Origin: an uncultured Gammaproteobacteria bacterium
GTDB taxonomy: Bacteria; Pseudomonadota; Gammaproteobacteria; UBA9214
Assembly (NCBI GenBank): GCA_963827755.1
Contig: CAWHCQ010000010.1
Location: forward strand, 9,101-73,100
Direction of reading: 5' to 3'
DNA length: 64,000 nucleotides
The position numbers and the translations under genes are program-made. Shown here in pieces: positions 11,065 through 22,194 of the stretch; position 1 is the stretch's first letter, and each line of letters starts with the position of its first letter. Under the pieces are notes generated by a model, which searched no databases, was not told where the DNA came from, and was given only the letters and a program-made list of their open reading frames with translations.

Positions 11065-11496
11065 TTAATCGACTTCTGATGTACAAAACTTGCAACGCTT
11101 CGCAGCAATCGGAATATCCGAAATGCACTGCGGGCAGGACTTGGTATTCGGCTCCTTCGGTGGTTCTTCTTTCTTCATCTTGTTCATTGCCTTGATGACC
11201 ATGAAGATCGCAAACGCGACAATCAGAAAGTCCAGTACGGTATTGATAAACACACCGTAGTTGATGGTTGCGGCACCGGCTTCCTGTGCAGCCGCCAGTG
11301 ACGCATAGCTGCCTTCACTCAGATTGATATACAGGTTGCTGAAATCAACGCCACCCATCAACTTGCCAAGTGGCGGCATCAATACATCTTTGACAAACGA
11401 GCTGACGATCTTGCCGAATGCGGCACCGATAACGATACCAACGGCCATATCGACCACGTTGCCGCGCATGGCAAATTTCTTGAATTCTTCCAACAT
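11065..11496 (-). CDS. mscL: Large-conductance mechanosensitive channel with C-terminal zinc ribbon
   Basis: [28 protein letters not shown]; C-terminal CPQC-x10-CKFC. Confidence 0.95.
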   Translation of the reverse strand: MLEEFKKFAMRGNVVDMAVGIVIGAAFGKIVSSFVKDVLMPPLGKLMGGVDFSNLYINLSEGSYASLAAAQEAGAATINYGVFINTVLDFLIVAFAIFMVIKAMNKMKKEEPPKEPNTKSCPQCISDIPIAAKRCKFCTSEVD

Positions 11497-11739
11497 GTGA
11501 CTCTCCCGGGGAGGTTAATAAACAGGGGCTGTATTAGACAGTATCTGCAGCCTGCCTGTAAATACGCGTGACAGCGCCGAAGATGGCACATTAAATACAT
11601 ATTAAATCAATCATACTTATATGCTTACGGCGTGGCGAGGCCGAATACATAAAACGCTCGAAATACACGCGCGACTGCAGGAATGGTTAGAATTACAGGC
11701 AACCAGGGCAGGCGCAGACACATCAGCTGACGAGGAGCG

Positions 11740-12384
11740 ATGGACATCACCCAGACAATTGCACTGACCATGGGCGTGGCCTGGGCCAGCGGCATCAACC
11801 TGTATGCCGCCCTGTTCATGCTTGGCTGGATGAGCAGCAGCGGCAACATCGAATTGCCCCCTGACCTGCAAATACTCTCGAACCCGATGGTCATGCTCGC
11901 AGCCGGTGTTATGTATTGTGTCGAATTCTTCGCCGACAAGATTCCCGGCGTCGACACCGGCTGGGACGCCATCCATACCTTTATACGGATACCCGCCGGG
12001 GCAATACTTGCCGCAGCCGCGATTGGAGACGTTGGCGCCGGGGCACAACTCGCCGCCGGCATCGCCGGGGGTACCCTGGCGACCGGCAGCCACCTCACCA
12101 AGGCGGGGTCGCGGGTACTGATCAATACCTCCCCTGAACCGGTCAGCAACTGGTTCACATCTGTCGGTGAAGACGTGATGGTAATCCTCGGCCTGTGGAC
12201 GGCACTCTATAACCCGGTGCTATTCCTGGTCCTGCTGGTCGTGTTTATCCTGCTGATGATCTGGCTGTTACCGAAATTATGGCGCAGCATAAAAAAAGTG
12301 TTCGCATTTCTCGGCAAATATTTTGGCGACAAAAGAAATGAAGAATCAATGACGAAACTTTCTGACATGAAACCGAAAGAATGA
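11740..12384 (+). CDS. DUF4126-family membrane protein
   Basis: WASGINLY, EFFADKIPGVD..WD..HTFIR, NTSPEP.SN...S..ED. Confidence 0.85.
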   Translation: MDITQTIALTMGVAWASGINLYAALFMLGWMSSSGNIELPPDLQILSNPMVMLAAGVMYCVEFFADKIPGVDTGWDAIHTFIRIPAGAILAAAAIGDVGAGAQLAAGIAGGTLATGSHLTKAGSRVLINTSPEPVSNWFTSVGEDVMVILGLWTALYNPVLFLVLLVVFILLMIWLLPKLWRSIKKVFAFLGKYFGDKRNEESMTKLSDMKPKE

Positions 12385-12920
12385 AAACCAGGAAAACATT
12401 TTTCAGCCTGCTTGCAGTTGCATTGCTCGGCCTGTTCGCCTGGGCCTGGCTTGCGCCCGCAGGACCGGGGAACAGTCCGGATATTTCACTGGTGACAGTT
12501 GACGGTGAACGGCTGTCACTGGCAGATTTCAGAGGCAGGCCGATACTGCTTGCATTCTGGGCCACCACCTGCCGTGTCTGCCTCAGGGAAATGCCGCACC
12601 TGATCGAGCTGTATAATGAACTCTCGCCACAGGGCCTGGAAATCATCGCCATTGCCATGCGCCATGACAAGCCCAGCCATGTACTCTCCATGCGCAAGGC
12701 ACGCAGCATCCCCTATCCCGTCGCAATGGACATCGACGGGGCCGCGGCACGGGCCTTCGGCAATGTCCGGCTGACACCGACATCCTTCCTGATTGCACCG
12801 GACGGGCGTATCGTTTTACGCAGAACCGGCGCACTGGATATGGTGAAATTACGAAAAAACATCCACAATATGCTGCAACAGGCCGGCACCAGCCGGCTCT
12901 TTGCAGCTGACGAATCATAG
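12381..12920 (+). CDS. TlpA/ResA-family thiol-disulfide oxidoreductase
   Basis: FWATTCRVCLREMP, TPTSFLI..DG. Confidence 0.9.
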   Translation: MKTRKTFFSLLAVALLGLFAWAWLAPAGPGNSPDISLVTVDGERLSLADFRGRPILLAFWATTCRVCLREMPHLIELYNELSPQGLEIIAIAMRHDKPSHVLSMRKARSIPYPVAMDIDGAAARAFGNVRLTPTSFLIAPDGRIVLRRTGALDMVKLRKNIHNMLQQAGTSRLFAADES

Positions 12921-12934
12921 GAAACCTGCACACC

Positions 12935-13357
12935 ATGCTCTGGATCAAGGCCCTGCATATCATTTTCATGGTGACCTGGTTCGCCGGCCTGTTCTATTTG
13001 CCACGCCTGTATGTCTATCATGCCGACTGTCATGACGAAACCGGACATGCGCGGTTCCTGGTCATGGAACGCAAGCTTTTCATCATCATGACGATCGGTG
13101 CGATTCTGACAGCCGTGTTCGGTGGCTGGCTGCTGCTGGAGTATGCCTGGAGCGCCTACCGTGATACCGCCTGGCTGAACGCCAAACTGCTGCTGGTCGG
13201 ACTGCTGATCGCGTTTCATTTCTACTGCTGGATGATCAACAGGGAATTCCGCACCGGAACTGCCACACACAGTCATGTCTTTTACCGCTGGATCAACGAG
13301 ATCCCGTCCCTGCTGCTGGTCGCGATCGTGCTGCTGACCGTTGTCAAACCCGCCTGA
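12935..13357 (+). CDS. hemJ: Protoporphyrinogen oxidase HemJ (CopD-like family)
   Basis: WIKALHII..VTWFAGLFYLPRLYVYH, MERKL, NEIP, VVKP. Confidence 0.9.
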   Translation: MLWIKALHIIFMVTWFAGLFYLPRLYVYHADCHDETGHARFLVMERKLFIIMTIGAILTAVFGGWLLLEYAWSAYRDTAWLNAKLLLVGLLIAFHFYCWMINREFRTGTATHSHVFYRWINEIPSLLLVAIVLLTVVKPA

Positions 13358-13438
13358 TTGTTGCGGGAAATGCAGCCAACAACCCGGCGATCAGGGTATA
13401 ATCAGGCCGTAACAGACACCCTCCAGAGGAAAAGCCGG

Positions 13439-13723
13439 ATGAGCCGTATCGTGAATTGTGTCGTCCTCAAGCGCGAAGCCGAAGGGCTGGAATCCGTCCC
13501 GCACCCGGGATCACTGGGTGAGCGCATCTACGAGAATGTTTCCGCGGAAGGCTGGAACAAGTGGCTGGAGCGCCTGACCATGATCATCAATGAGAATGGC
13601 CTGAATACCGGCGACAAACAAAGCGTGGAGCTGATCGAAAAGCACATGGTTGGCTTTCTGTTTGGCGAAGGCGATTTCGGCTCGGTCCCGGAAGGCTTCA
13701 AACCCCCGGGCGCCAAGAAGTGA
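13439..13723 (+). CDS. yggX: Fe(II)-trafficking / oxidative damage protection protein
   Basis: MSRIVNCVVLKREAEGL...PG.LGERIYENVSAEGW..W....TMIINE. Confidence 0.88.
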   Translation: MSRIVNCVVLKREAEGLESVPHPGSLGERIYENVSAEGWNKWLERLTMIINENGLNTGDKQSVELIEKHMVGFLFGEGDFGSVPEGFKPPGAKK

Positions 13724-13909
13724 GAAGTGAGAAGTGAAAGTGAAGAAGTGAAGAGTAAAGAGTGATTTGTAGCGAAAGCCGGACGTCCGTTCACTTCTCA
13801 CTTCTCACTTCTCACTTCTCACTTCTCACTTCTCACTTCTCACTTCTCACTTCTCACTTCTCACTTCTCACTTCTCACTTCTCACTTCTCACTTCTCACC
13901 TCTAACTTC
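13715..13909. repeat. Inverted heptamer element H1
   Basis: Purine arm 13715-13765, spacer, then 15 perfect TCACTTC units 13791-13895 plus 2 variants; overlaps both convergent stop codons. Confidence 0.95.
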
Positions 13910-15148
13910 TATTTTCAGCAGTGGCGCTACCACGATGTTCAGCGCCTGGTGCGCTGCACGCAGGGCCGCCTCGGCCTGTTCTGCCGTCGGCGCGCAGGCA
14001 AACATAAAGCCCAGGTAACTGCTGCCCTCCGGCAGTGGCACCAGTTCATAGCCTTCACGAATATTAATCAGGATCTCTTTTACAAACGGCACGGCTCGCG
14101 CCGCTGTAATCCCTTCCACACGCCGCATAATGCCGGCCTCGGCAATCGGAATCATCAGCACCCCTGCGGCACCGGTCTGCGCCTGCATTTCCAGTGGTTT
14201 CCCGGTCGCATGCGCAATCACCAGCGACTCGAGACTGTGTCCGGTGCCGTAGCTGAGCAGGCGGGCACATTCGCCGCCAATGGTGCGGCTGGCGACTTCA
14301 AGGACGATGCAGCCCTCATTTGATAATCGCAGCTCGGCATGCACCGGCCCCTCGCCCAGGCCAAGCGCCCTGCAGGCGGCTGTTACGCAGCTGACAATTT
14401 TTTCCTGCCAGGCCTCGCTGTGGCGCGAGGGCGTAATGTAATAGGTTTCTTCAAAAAACGGCCCGTCCATTGGATCGGGCTTGTCAAAAATCGCCAGCAC
14501 CTTGAGGCTGCCCCCGCTTAACAAGCCTTCCAGCGCCACCTCGGGTCCCGCTACAAAGCGCTCGACCAGTACATGCGATGCCACAAATTCATCATCCTGG
14601 TCCTCGCCGGCGAGTATGTGCTGTATCCGTGCACAGGCGGCCAGCAACTGTTTCTGTGTATCAGCGCGGATTACCCCGCGACTGGCGGAAAGCGACAGGG
14701 GCTTTACCACGCAGGGAAATACCAGCCCTTCGAGCTGCGGCCCGAGCGGCCCGGCAAGGTTTACAAGGCGAAATTCCGGGACGCCGACCCCGGCCCTGGC
14801 CAGCACTTCGCGGGACAGGTCCTTGCGGTGTGAATAACGTGCGGCTTCGACGGGGTTATGCGGCAGTTCCAGTGCCGCTGCGATGCGACTCCCCAGCTCA
14901 ACGGTTGTATCGTCAGTCGCCAGAACACCGCAGAAAGGACGTTGCCGGTTTGCGGCCAGCAACACGTCAACAGCAGCCGGATCAGACAGGTCCACGTGCA
15001 GGCCGCCGGCAAGTTCCCCGACCAGTGAGAATTTTCCCTCGGAGGCCACCAGTACATCCACCCCGTGGAGCCGTGCCGCCTCGAGAAACGCGGCTGTTCG
15101 ATAACTGCCGGGGGGCGCGATCAGCAACAGGCGCGGAGTTGTTTGCAC
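13889..15148 (-). CDS. ATP-grasp domain protein
   Basis: [49 protein letters not shown]. Start uncertain; the ORF is open to 15289. Confidence 0.85.
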   Translation of the reverse strand: MQTTPRLLLIAPPGSYRTAAFLEAARLHGVDVLVASEGKFSLVGELAGGLHVDLSDPAAVDVLLAANRQRPFCGVLATDDTTVELGSRIAAALELPHNPVEAARYSHRKDLSREVLARAGVGVPEFRLVNLAGPLGPQLEGLVFPCVVKPLSLSASRGVIRADTQKQLLAACARIQHILAGEDQDDEFVASHVLVERFVAGPEVALEGLLSGGSLKVLAIFDKPDPMDGPFFEETYYITPSRHSEAWQEKIVSCVTAACRALGLGEGPVHAELRLSNEGCIVLEVASRTIGGECARLLSYGTGHSLESLVIAHATGKPLEMQAQTGAAGVLMIPIAEAGIMRRVEGITAARAVPFVKEILINIREGYELVPLPEGSSYLGFMFACAPTAEQAEAALRAAHQALNIVVAPLLKIEVRGEK

Positions 15149-15374
15149 CGTTGTGGCCGTATTCTGAAAAGTCCCGAAAGCGTGCAAGGCGTGGTGTATA
15201 TCGACTGGAAGATCTGCCCAGTCAGACTGGATACGTGAACCGCGTTTTTTACTGCAGCCTGAACTAACAGCGATGCGGCACCCGGACAAGGAAACGGCTT
15301 GCAGACCAACGCCTGCAAGCCGCTAACCCTTATACACAGTTTGTGTTCGCCAGCTGCGCGCGGGCTGCCGCCTG

Positions 15375-15782
15375 TCAGGCGCAACCGCCGCCGGCAGAAC
15401 CGCAGGCACCACAGGTGCCGGAGCCACCGGTCATGGAAAATGCATTATTGAAGACGAAACTGGCACCGGTCGGGCGCTCCACGTAGTCGATTTCAACGCC
15501 GCGCAAGTAATTCATCGCCACCGCATCGACAAAAAGATCGAAACCTTCTTCCTTGCGCACGCAGTCATACTCATTCTGCGAATCCGTAAATGTCATGCCA
15601 TAACCCATGCCGCCACAACCGCCGCCTGACACAAATACGCGGATGGCCTTGAGATCCTCATCTTCCGCCTGCTTGATCAGTTCGCTCATTTTCTCGCGCG
15701 CGGCGGCCGTCAACGCCAGAGTCGATTCCGCCAGCTCCACACTGAAACCGCCTGTTGCTAATGACTGTGCTGCCTGTGACAT
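15375..15782 (-). CDS. HesB/IscA-family A-type Fe-S carrier (second copy)
   Basis: IRVFVSGGGCGGMGYGMTF, G.EIDY, FVFNN; C-terminal TCGACGSAGGGC. Confidence 0.85.
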   Translation of the reverse strand: MSQAAQSLATGGFSVELAESTLALTAAAREKMSELIKQAEDEDLKAIRVFVSGGGCGGMGYGMTFTDSQNEYDCVRKEEGFDLFVDAVAMNYLRGVEIDYVERPTGASFVFNNAFSMTGGSGTCGACGSAGGGCA

Positions 15783-15993
15783 ATCAAGCTCCGTTATTTG
15801 CCTGCTTAAAAAGAAGAATATCAGTTAGATACAATATAATCGCTGGAACCGATCCATGCCAGCCTCCCTGAATGGGTGGTCACTCAAGCGCCGTTCGACA
15901 CCCGCCGGTCAGCTCCATATTTGCAATCAAAACAGTCACCTGTCTGATCCAGACACCCCAGGGCAAGGCGCCGCGTTCGTATATGAACCAATT

Positions 15994-16018
15994 GTTAATG
16001 ATAATGATTTGTATTTAC
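15994..16018 (+). promoter_or_regulatory. Putative overlapping Fur boxes
   Basis: GTTAATGATAATGATTTGT matches 14/19 and GATAATGATTTGTATTTAC matches 13/19 of GATAATGATAATCATTATC; upstream of the porin operon. Confidence 0.65.
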
Positions 16019-16072
16019 TTTAATATTCCGTAGAATATTAGCAAATGTTCATAAACACACACGGAGTTACCC

Positions 16073-17389
16073 ATGAAACGCGCAACCCCATTGCTGGCCT
16101 TGTTGCTCCTGCCGCTGGTCTCGGCCAGCCTGTTTGCCGACGAGGCGCCCGCCACGCCCACGCTCGAGCAACTCTGGGACATCATCCAGGCACAACAGGC
16201 AGAGATTGAACGCCCTTAAAAAGAAACAGGCGGCCACCGCTGCAACGGCCTCGGCCGCCGATGAAAAGGCCGAGGCGGCCGTCGTTGCCGTGGAGGAATC
16301 CGCCACCCTATACCGCGAGCGCCGGGAGCTGGGCCGAGCGCACAACCATTGGTGGCTATGGTGAAATGCATTACAACAATATCGATGCAGACGATTCTTC
16401 CAGGGACCAGAAGGAAATCGACTTTCACCGCTTCGTACTGTTTTTCGGTCACGAGTTTACAGACGATCTGCGTTTCTTCTCCGAACTCGAGGTTGAACAT
16501 GCACTCACCAAGGACAATGTCTGTGATTTTACAGTACCGGCGGGCGGTCTCGCTCCCGGTGATGAGATATGCGATGGAGCATCCAATCCCGGTGAAGTGG
16601 AAGTGGAGCAGGCCTATATTGAGTTCGACATCAATGATCAACTCAGCACAAAGGGTGGCATTTTCATCCTGCCGGTCGGCATCATGAACGAGACCCATGA
16701 ACCGAACACCTTCTATGGTGTTGAACGTAATGATGTCGAAAATATCATCATACCTGCCACATGGTGGGCAGGCGGTGCCGCGATCAGCGGACACCATGCC
16801 AACGGTATCAGTTGGGATCTCGCCATCCATGAAGGGCTGAAGATGCCAACGACCGGCGGCAGTGCATTTCGGGTGCGCAGTGGCCGCCAAAAGACCTCGG
16901 AAGCACTCGCCGACAAGCTGGCATATACCGGTCGCGTGAGATACACCGGTGTCGCGGGCCTTGAAGTCGGTGCTTCCGTCAACTACCAGACCGATCCTTC
17001 ACAATCAGGCAGTGACGGTCTCGATGACGGTATTCTGTACGAGACCCATGTGGCCTATCAGAAAGGACCCTTTGCCTTGCGTGCGCTGTACGCGGAGTGG
17101 GATTTCGACGGTTCAGCCGTTAAGGCCGCGAAAGCCGATGACCAGAGCGGCTGGTATCTTGGAACCCAGCTTCAAGCCGCGCGATGATGTTGGTTTGTAT
17201 GCCCGTTACGAGGATATCGACGCCGCCCGCTCCCGTGACAAGTTCGACCAGTGGGAAGTTGGTATAAATTTCTGGCCACACGAGGATGTCGTCCTGAAAG
17301 CGGACTACCGCAGCCGTGATCATGACCTGGCGGCCGAATCCGGCAGGGATTTCGATGCTTTTGATCTGGGCATTGGCTACCAGTTTTAA
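16073..17389 (+). CDS. Outer-membrane porin, OprO/OprP-like (several frameshifts)
   Basis: Signal peptide MKRATPLLALLLLPL after GGAG RBS; TTIGGYGEMHYN, DFHRFVLFFGH, EVEQAY, NETHEP.TFYGVER, C-terminal LGIGYQF; pieced together from several frames. Confidence 0.8.
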
Positions 17390-17427
17390 AATACAGCCAA
17401 CAGTTTGTTCTGTTACTTTGTATCTCA

Positions 17428-17958
17428 ATGATCACCCGGGCATGCCTGTTACTAATCACCTCGCTGCTGGCCGGACATGCGCTGGCCGGCAGCATCTACC
17501 AGTCGCCGGAAAAATTCCTCGACGAAGTATTTGACGGTAACCCGCCGACGCCTGCCGTACTCTGGTTACAGGGAGATATCAGGGAAAACGCAAAGGAGAT
17601 TCTCGGACACCGTTACCCGGGACTGCGGCTACGCTACTGGTTAAAGGACAACAGAACAGCATGGATACTCGAGGAAATCGGCAAGGACAAGCCCATCACG
17701 GTGGGACTGGTTGTCAAGGACAATACACTGGAGCTCATCAGGGTGCTCATCTTCCGGGAAAGCCGTGGATGGGAGGTACGTTACCCCTTCTTCACCGACC
17801 AGTTCGAGGGCGCGGGACTGGCCGATAATCACAAGCTCGACCGGCATATTGACGGCATCTCGGGCGCGACCCTGTCTGTTCGCGCACTGAAAAAGCTGGC
17901 GCGCCTGGCACTCTACCTGCACAGAAGGACAATCGTCTCCGATGACCCGGCGCAATAA
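17428..17958 (+). CDS. Periplasmic FMN-binding protein
   Basis: Signal peptide, RESRGWEV...F..QF.G, flavinylation-type motif DGISGATLS. Confidence 0.85.
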   Translation: MITRACLLLITSLLAGHALAGSIYQSPEKFLDEVFDGNPPTPAVLWLQGDIRENAKEILGHRYPGLRLRYWLKDNRTAWILEEIGKDKPITVGLVVKDNTLELIRVLIFRESRGWEVRYPFFTDQFEGAGLADNHKLDRHIDGISGATLSVRALKKLARLALYLHRRTIVSDDPAQ

Positions 17959-18725
17959 AAACCGCATCAAGTTGTTGCGTTCACTGTACGTATGGCACCG
18001 CTATATGGGGCTTACGGCTTCACTGTTTGTCGTCATGCTGACAATCACCGGCCTGGCGCTTGAACCACACTGAAGAACTGGGACTGGACTCCAGCAGTGT
18101 CCGCTCCGATACCCTGCTCGACTGGTATGGCATTCATGCGCCTGACATAAAGAACAGCTACCGGGCAGGTGCACACCGTGTCACTGAGGTCGGTGAAAAC
18201 CTGTACTGGGATACGCTGAAAATCCCCGGGCGTGGCAGCACCACTCATCGGCGCCGTTGAATATTCAGACCTCATCGTCATCGGCATCGATGGACCAGTT
18301 GCTGTTATTCACAACAGGAAGGAGAACTGATCGAACAGCTGGATAGTGCAACCGGGGTACCTTCCGGCATGCAGGCAATCGGGCTGACGGCGGATGGAAA
18401 CCTGGCAATCAGGGCGGCGCAGGGTTATTACCGGACCAATGCCGATTTTATCGAGTGGCATCAAACCGAAAGCCTTGCTGCCACATGGGCACGCAGCGAA
18501 AAGCCGTCCCTGCAGTTTGAACAGGCATTAAAGACAAGCTGGCGCGGCACTGGTCTACCGCTGGAACGCGTCATGCTGGACCTGCATAGCGGCCGTATCC
18601 TCGGCAGCTGGGGTGTCTACCTGGTGGATGCAGCCGCCGTCCTGTTCCTGATGCTGGCAGGCAGCGGCGTCTGGTTATGGGGCAAACGCCGCGCCAGCTG
18701 CCCGCCAGCACCGGGCGTAAAGTAA
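17942..18725 (+). CDS. PepSY-associated TM-helix membrane protein (frameshifted)
   Basis: N-terminal WHRYMGL.......ITGLAL(NH), C-terminal LDLHSGRILG.WG; ORF pieces 18060-18260 and 18369-18725. Confidence 0.75.
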
Positions 18726-18869
18726 AAAGTGAGAAGTAAAATGTAGTAGAGTTCCAGCGCAAAGCTGAACACCATCACTCTCACCTCTCACGTCTCACTT
18801 CTCACTTCTCACTTCTCACTTCTCACTTCCCTTCACTTCTCACTTCTCACTTCTCACTTCTCACTTCTC
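18718..18869. repeat. Inverted heptamer element H2
   Basis: Short purine arm (AAGTAAAAAGTGAGAAGTAA) then TCACTTC array 18775-18869 between convergent genes. Confidence 0.9.
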
Positions 18870-19431
18870 CAGCTTGGTAAATTTCGAGCCTTCAAGGTTC
18901 AGATTGAACATCAGCCCCTTGTTGCTGAATACAAACCCGACAATCGGGTCTTTAATATCGATCGTGTTGATGTCTTCACCAACACCCCATTCGACCAGCG
19001 CCACCGAGCCATCCACACCCGCCTTCCAGCCTTTGCTGCTGCGGAAATCCGCCAGCGCACTCACTGCTCATGAATACCACCACTATCGACTTGGATTGCG
19101 CGCCGACCTGGAAGCCGAGCGAGGCTGCCGCCGTGCTGTAGTAATCCACCGTCTTGCCACCCACACGCAGGGCACCTTCACCGTATTCACCGCCAAGCAC
19201 GAAACCGGCCTTGAGCACGGTCGGAAATACCAGCACCCCCCCGGCACGCTTCAGGAACTCGGAACCGCCTTTTATTTTTTGCTTGAACTCCTTGATTGTT
19301 TCATCAACCTCGATTTCTATCTCCATCGCTGACTTTGCATACGCGCTGCTCGTGACAGCAAGACCCAGCACCAGCAACAACGAGGCACACCAGCTACCCG
19401 CCTTGCCGCAATTTCTGCCAATTAGTTGCAT
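18861..19431 (-). CDS. Ysc84/SYLF lipid-binding domain protein (frameshift near 19065)
   Basis: GVLVFP.V.KAGF..GGEYGEG, SLGFQ.GAQ, then GWKAGVDGSVA...GLMFNLNLEGSKF in the next frame. Confidence 0.85.
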
Positions 19432-19841
19432 TTCCTTTCTCCTCTGGTTGACTCCGGAATTCTGCGCCATAAACCCTGTATAACCGCCGCAACACCCAAA
19501 TAAAAATTCGTTTAACCCAAAAGGGGGCTTGATCATGGTGAAAAACACTGTCACGCTTTATCAGCGAAGCTGCAATCATAACAGGCTCTGTCGGTATATT
19601 TACCGGGATTGCACTAAAACCCTTACACATTACCAGCGTCGATATGCCACTGCTGCGGGGATGATCACCCGCAGATTTTCTGCATTTCGGGGCCGCGCAC
19701 CTGCTTCTTTGCATTGCCATCACCGGGCGTCGCATGCTGAAACACACGGAGTCCCGACGACGTTCTGAACTTGCCAATGACATCCAGCCGGCTACTCATC
19801 CACCGGAAAACGTCCCGGCGTATGCGAAGACCGCGGCAGGG

Positions 19842-22106
19842 CTAGTTACCGGCCCGCACCAGGCCGCCCAGGCCGCCCTGTTCGAGCACATTATTGTAAA
19901 GTTCGCGGATGGCAGCAGGTTCTTCCAGCAACAGGGCCTGCTGCAGCAATTCCACCGTTTCTGACTTCTTGAAGCTGCGAATCACCCATTTCACGCGTGG
20001 CAGGCTGCTGGCACTCATACTCAAACTGTCCACGCCCAGCCCCATCAGCGCCAGCACGGCTGCCGGGTCACCCGCCATTTCTCCACAGACACTGACAGGT
20101 TTACCGAGTTTGTGTGCTTCCCTGACGATGAGCTTGATCGCGTGCAACAATGCAGGATGCAAGGTCTGGTAGAGGTAGGCAACACGTGAATTATTCCGGT
20201 CAACCGCCAGCAGATACTGGGTGAGATCATTGGTACCGATTGAAAAGAAGTCGACCCGTCGTGCCATGGCGGCAATCTGGTAGACCGCCGAAGGCACCTC
20301 GATCATGATGCCTAACGGCGGGCGATAGACATCCTCACCCTCCTCCAGCAGCTCATCATAGGCCTGCCTGATCAATACCCGCGCCTTGTCCAGCTCCGAT
20401 ACCGAGGAAATCATCGGCAACAGGATGGTGAGATTGTTCAGACCAACACTGGCACGCAACATGGCGCGCAATTGGGTCAGAAACAATTCCGGGTGGTCGA
20501 GTGAAATTCGTATACCCCGCCAGCCAAGGAACGGGTTTTCCTCCACCACCGGAAAATACGGGAGCATCTTGTCACCGCCGACATCAAGTGTTCGCAGGGT
20601 GACCGGGTTCGGTGCATAGGCCTCCAGCGACTTGCGATAAATCCGCATTTGTTCTTCTTCAGTGGGAAACCGGTCTCTTATGAGGAACGGAATCTCGGTA
20701 CGATACAGGCCGACACCATCGCACCTGTTATGAACCACGGACTCTACGCCGGAAACCAGGCCGGTATTCAGATACAGCGGGATGTAGACCCCGTCCGGCG
20801 TTTCCGAGGGCTTGTCCGCCTCGTGCCGCAACACCTCGGAGAGCACGTTCTCCTCTGCCTGCAAGCGCAGATATTCCTTGCGTATCAGTGCAGATGGGTT
20901 GACGAACACATCACCGCGGTAGCCATCGGCTATCATCGACTGCCCTTCCAGGCGGGCGACAGGAAGGTCGAGTGCCCCCATCACGGCGGGAATACCCATG
21001 GCCTGCGCCAGGATGGCCACGTGCGACGAACTTGAACCCGTGACCGAAACAATGCCGGCCAGCATTTCCAGCGGAACTTCCGCCAGTTGCCCGGCACTGA
21101 TTTCCTCGCCAACCAGCACCGTCTTCGAGTAGGCCATACGGCTTAGCGGCTGTTCATCCTGCAAGTGTGTCAGAATCCTGCGACCCAGATCATTAATATC
21201 ACTGGCGCGTTCACGCAGGTAAGAATCTTCCATGGACTCGAATACCTGCACGTGTTTCGCTATGGTCTTGCGCAAGGCACCCGGCGCCCAGTTACCTGCG
21301 CGAATCAGCTCCTTCGTTTCGCCGACAAGACTGTCGCCCCCCAGCATCAACAGCAGGGCATCAAACAATGCAAGCTCTTCCGCGGGCAAGACGGCGGACA
21401 TGCGATTGGCATAGTCACTGATATCATCCTGAACCGCGGCTACTGCTTCATCGAGACTGTTTATCTCGGCTTCTATATTCTCGATCTTGCGGTCCGGAAT
21501 GGCATCCAGGTTCGCAGGCGGGTAAACAACCATCGCCTGGCCAATGGCCACACCGGATGCACCGGGCAGGCCCTTCAGTGAAAGAGAAACCTCCTCCGCA
21601 GCATCCAGTACACTGGTGATTTCTCCACTGGCACCGGCATGGGTAATGGCGCCGGCCAGTTGCGCGGCCAGCGTCACCAGGAAGGCCTCTTCCTCGTCGC
21701 CAAACTTGCGCATCTCGCGCTGCCTGACAACCAGCACGCCCAGCACCACGCCGTGCTGAATAATAGGAACACCGAGAAAACCATGATAGGGCTTCTCACC
21801 GGTATCATGGACAAACCGATAGCGTGGATGGCTCGGGGCATCACGGATATTCACGGGTTCTTCACGCTCGCCCACCATGCCGACAAGGCCTTCAGTCTTT
21901 TTTAAGCGCACCTTGCCGATGGCATTCTTGCGATAGCCTTCGGTTGCTCGCAGCACAAACTCATCATGCTCGGCATCAAAAAGGTAAACGGACGCCACAT
22001 CCACGTCCACCGCCTCACGTACACGCCGGACAATAATATCCAGGGCCTGTCCAAGGTCAGGCGCAGTGTTTACTTCCTGGACAATACGACGCAAGGTCTC
22101 CAGCAT
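19842..22106 (-). CDS. ptsP: Phosphoenolpyruvate-protein phosphotransferase EI-Ntr
   Basis: N-terminal GAF domain, SHVAILA, GVGLYRTE, NPFLGWRGIR, FSIGTNDLTQY, CGEMAGDP. Confidence 0.97.
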   Translation of the reverse strand: MLETLRRIVQEVNTAPDLGQALDIIVRRVREAVDVDVASVYLFDAEHDEFVLRATEGYRKNAIGKVRLKKTEGLVGMVGEREEPVNIRDAPSHPRYRFVHDTGEKPYHGFLGVPIIQHGVVLGVLVVRQREMRKFGDEEEAFLVTLAAQLAGAITHAGASGEITSVLDAAEEVSLSLKGLPGASGVAIGQAMVVYPPANLDAIPDRKIENIEAEINSLDEAVAAVQDDISDYANRMSAVLPAEELALFDALLLMLGGDSLVGETKELIRAGNWAPGALRKTIAKHVQVFESMEDSYLRERASDINDLGRRILTHLQDEQPLSRMAYSKTVLVGEEISAGQLAEVPLEMLAGIVSVTGSSSSHVAILAQAMGIPAVMGALDLPVARLEGQSMIADGYRGDVFVNPSALIRKEYLRLQAEENVLSEVLRHEADKPSETPDGVYIPLYLNTGLVSGVESVVHNRCDGVGLYRTEIPFLIRDRFPTEEEQMRIYRKSLEAYAPNPVTLRTLDVGGDKMLPYFPVVEENPFLGWRGIRISLDHPELFLTQLRAMLRASVGLNNLTILLPMISSVSELDKARVLIRQAYDELLEEGEDVYRPPLGIMIEVPSAVYQIAAMARRVDFFSIGTNDLTQYLLAVDRNNSRVAYLYQTLHPALLHAIKLIVREAHKLGKPVSVCGEMAGDPAAVLALMGLGVDSLSMSASSLPRVKWVIRSFKKSETVELLQQALLLEEPAAIRELYNNVLEQGGLGGLVRAGN

Positions 22107-22194
22107 GGGAATGGTTCCAGTAATTAACGGTTAGAAAGTCTGTTCCGGCTATTGACTGGCAGTCAGTCAGCCCAACCCGGAAACAAAATACCGG

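Noticed and set aside
13791-13895. Phase-variation microsatellites
   Set aside because: The arrays lie at or after stop codons rather than within 5' coding regions, so unit-number changes would not switch reading frames.
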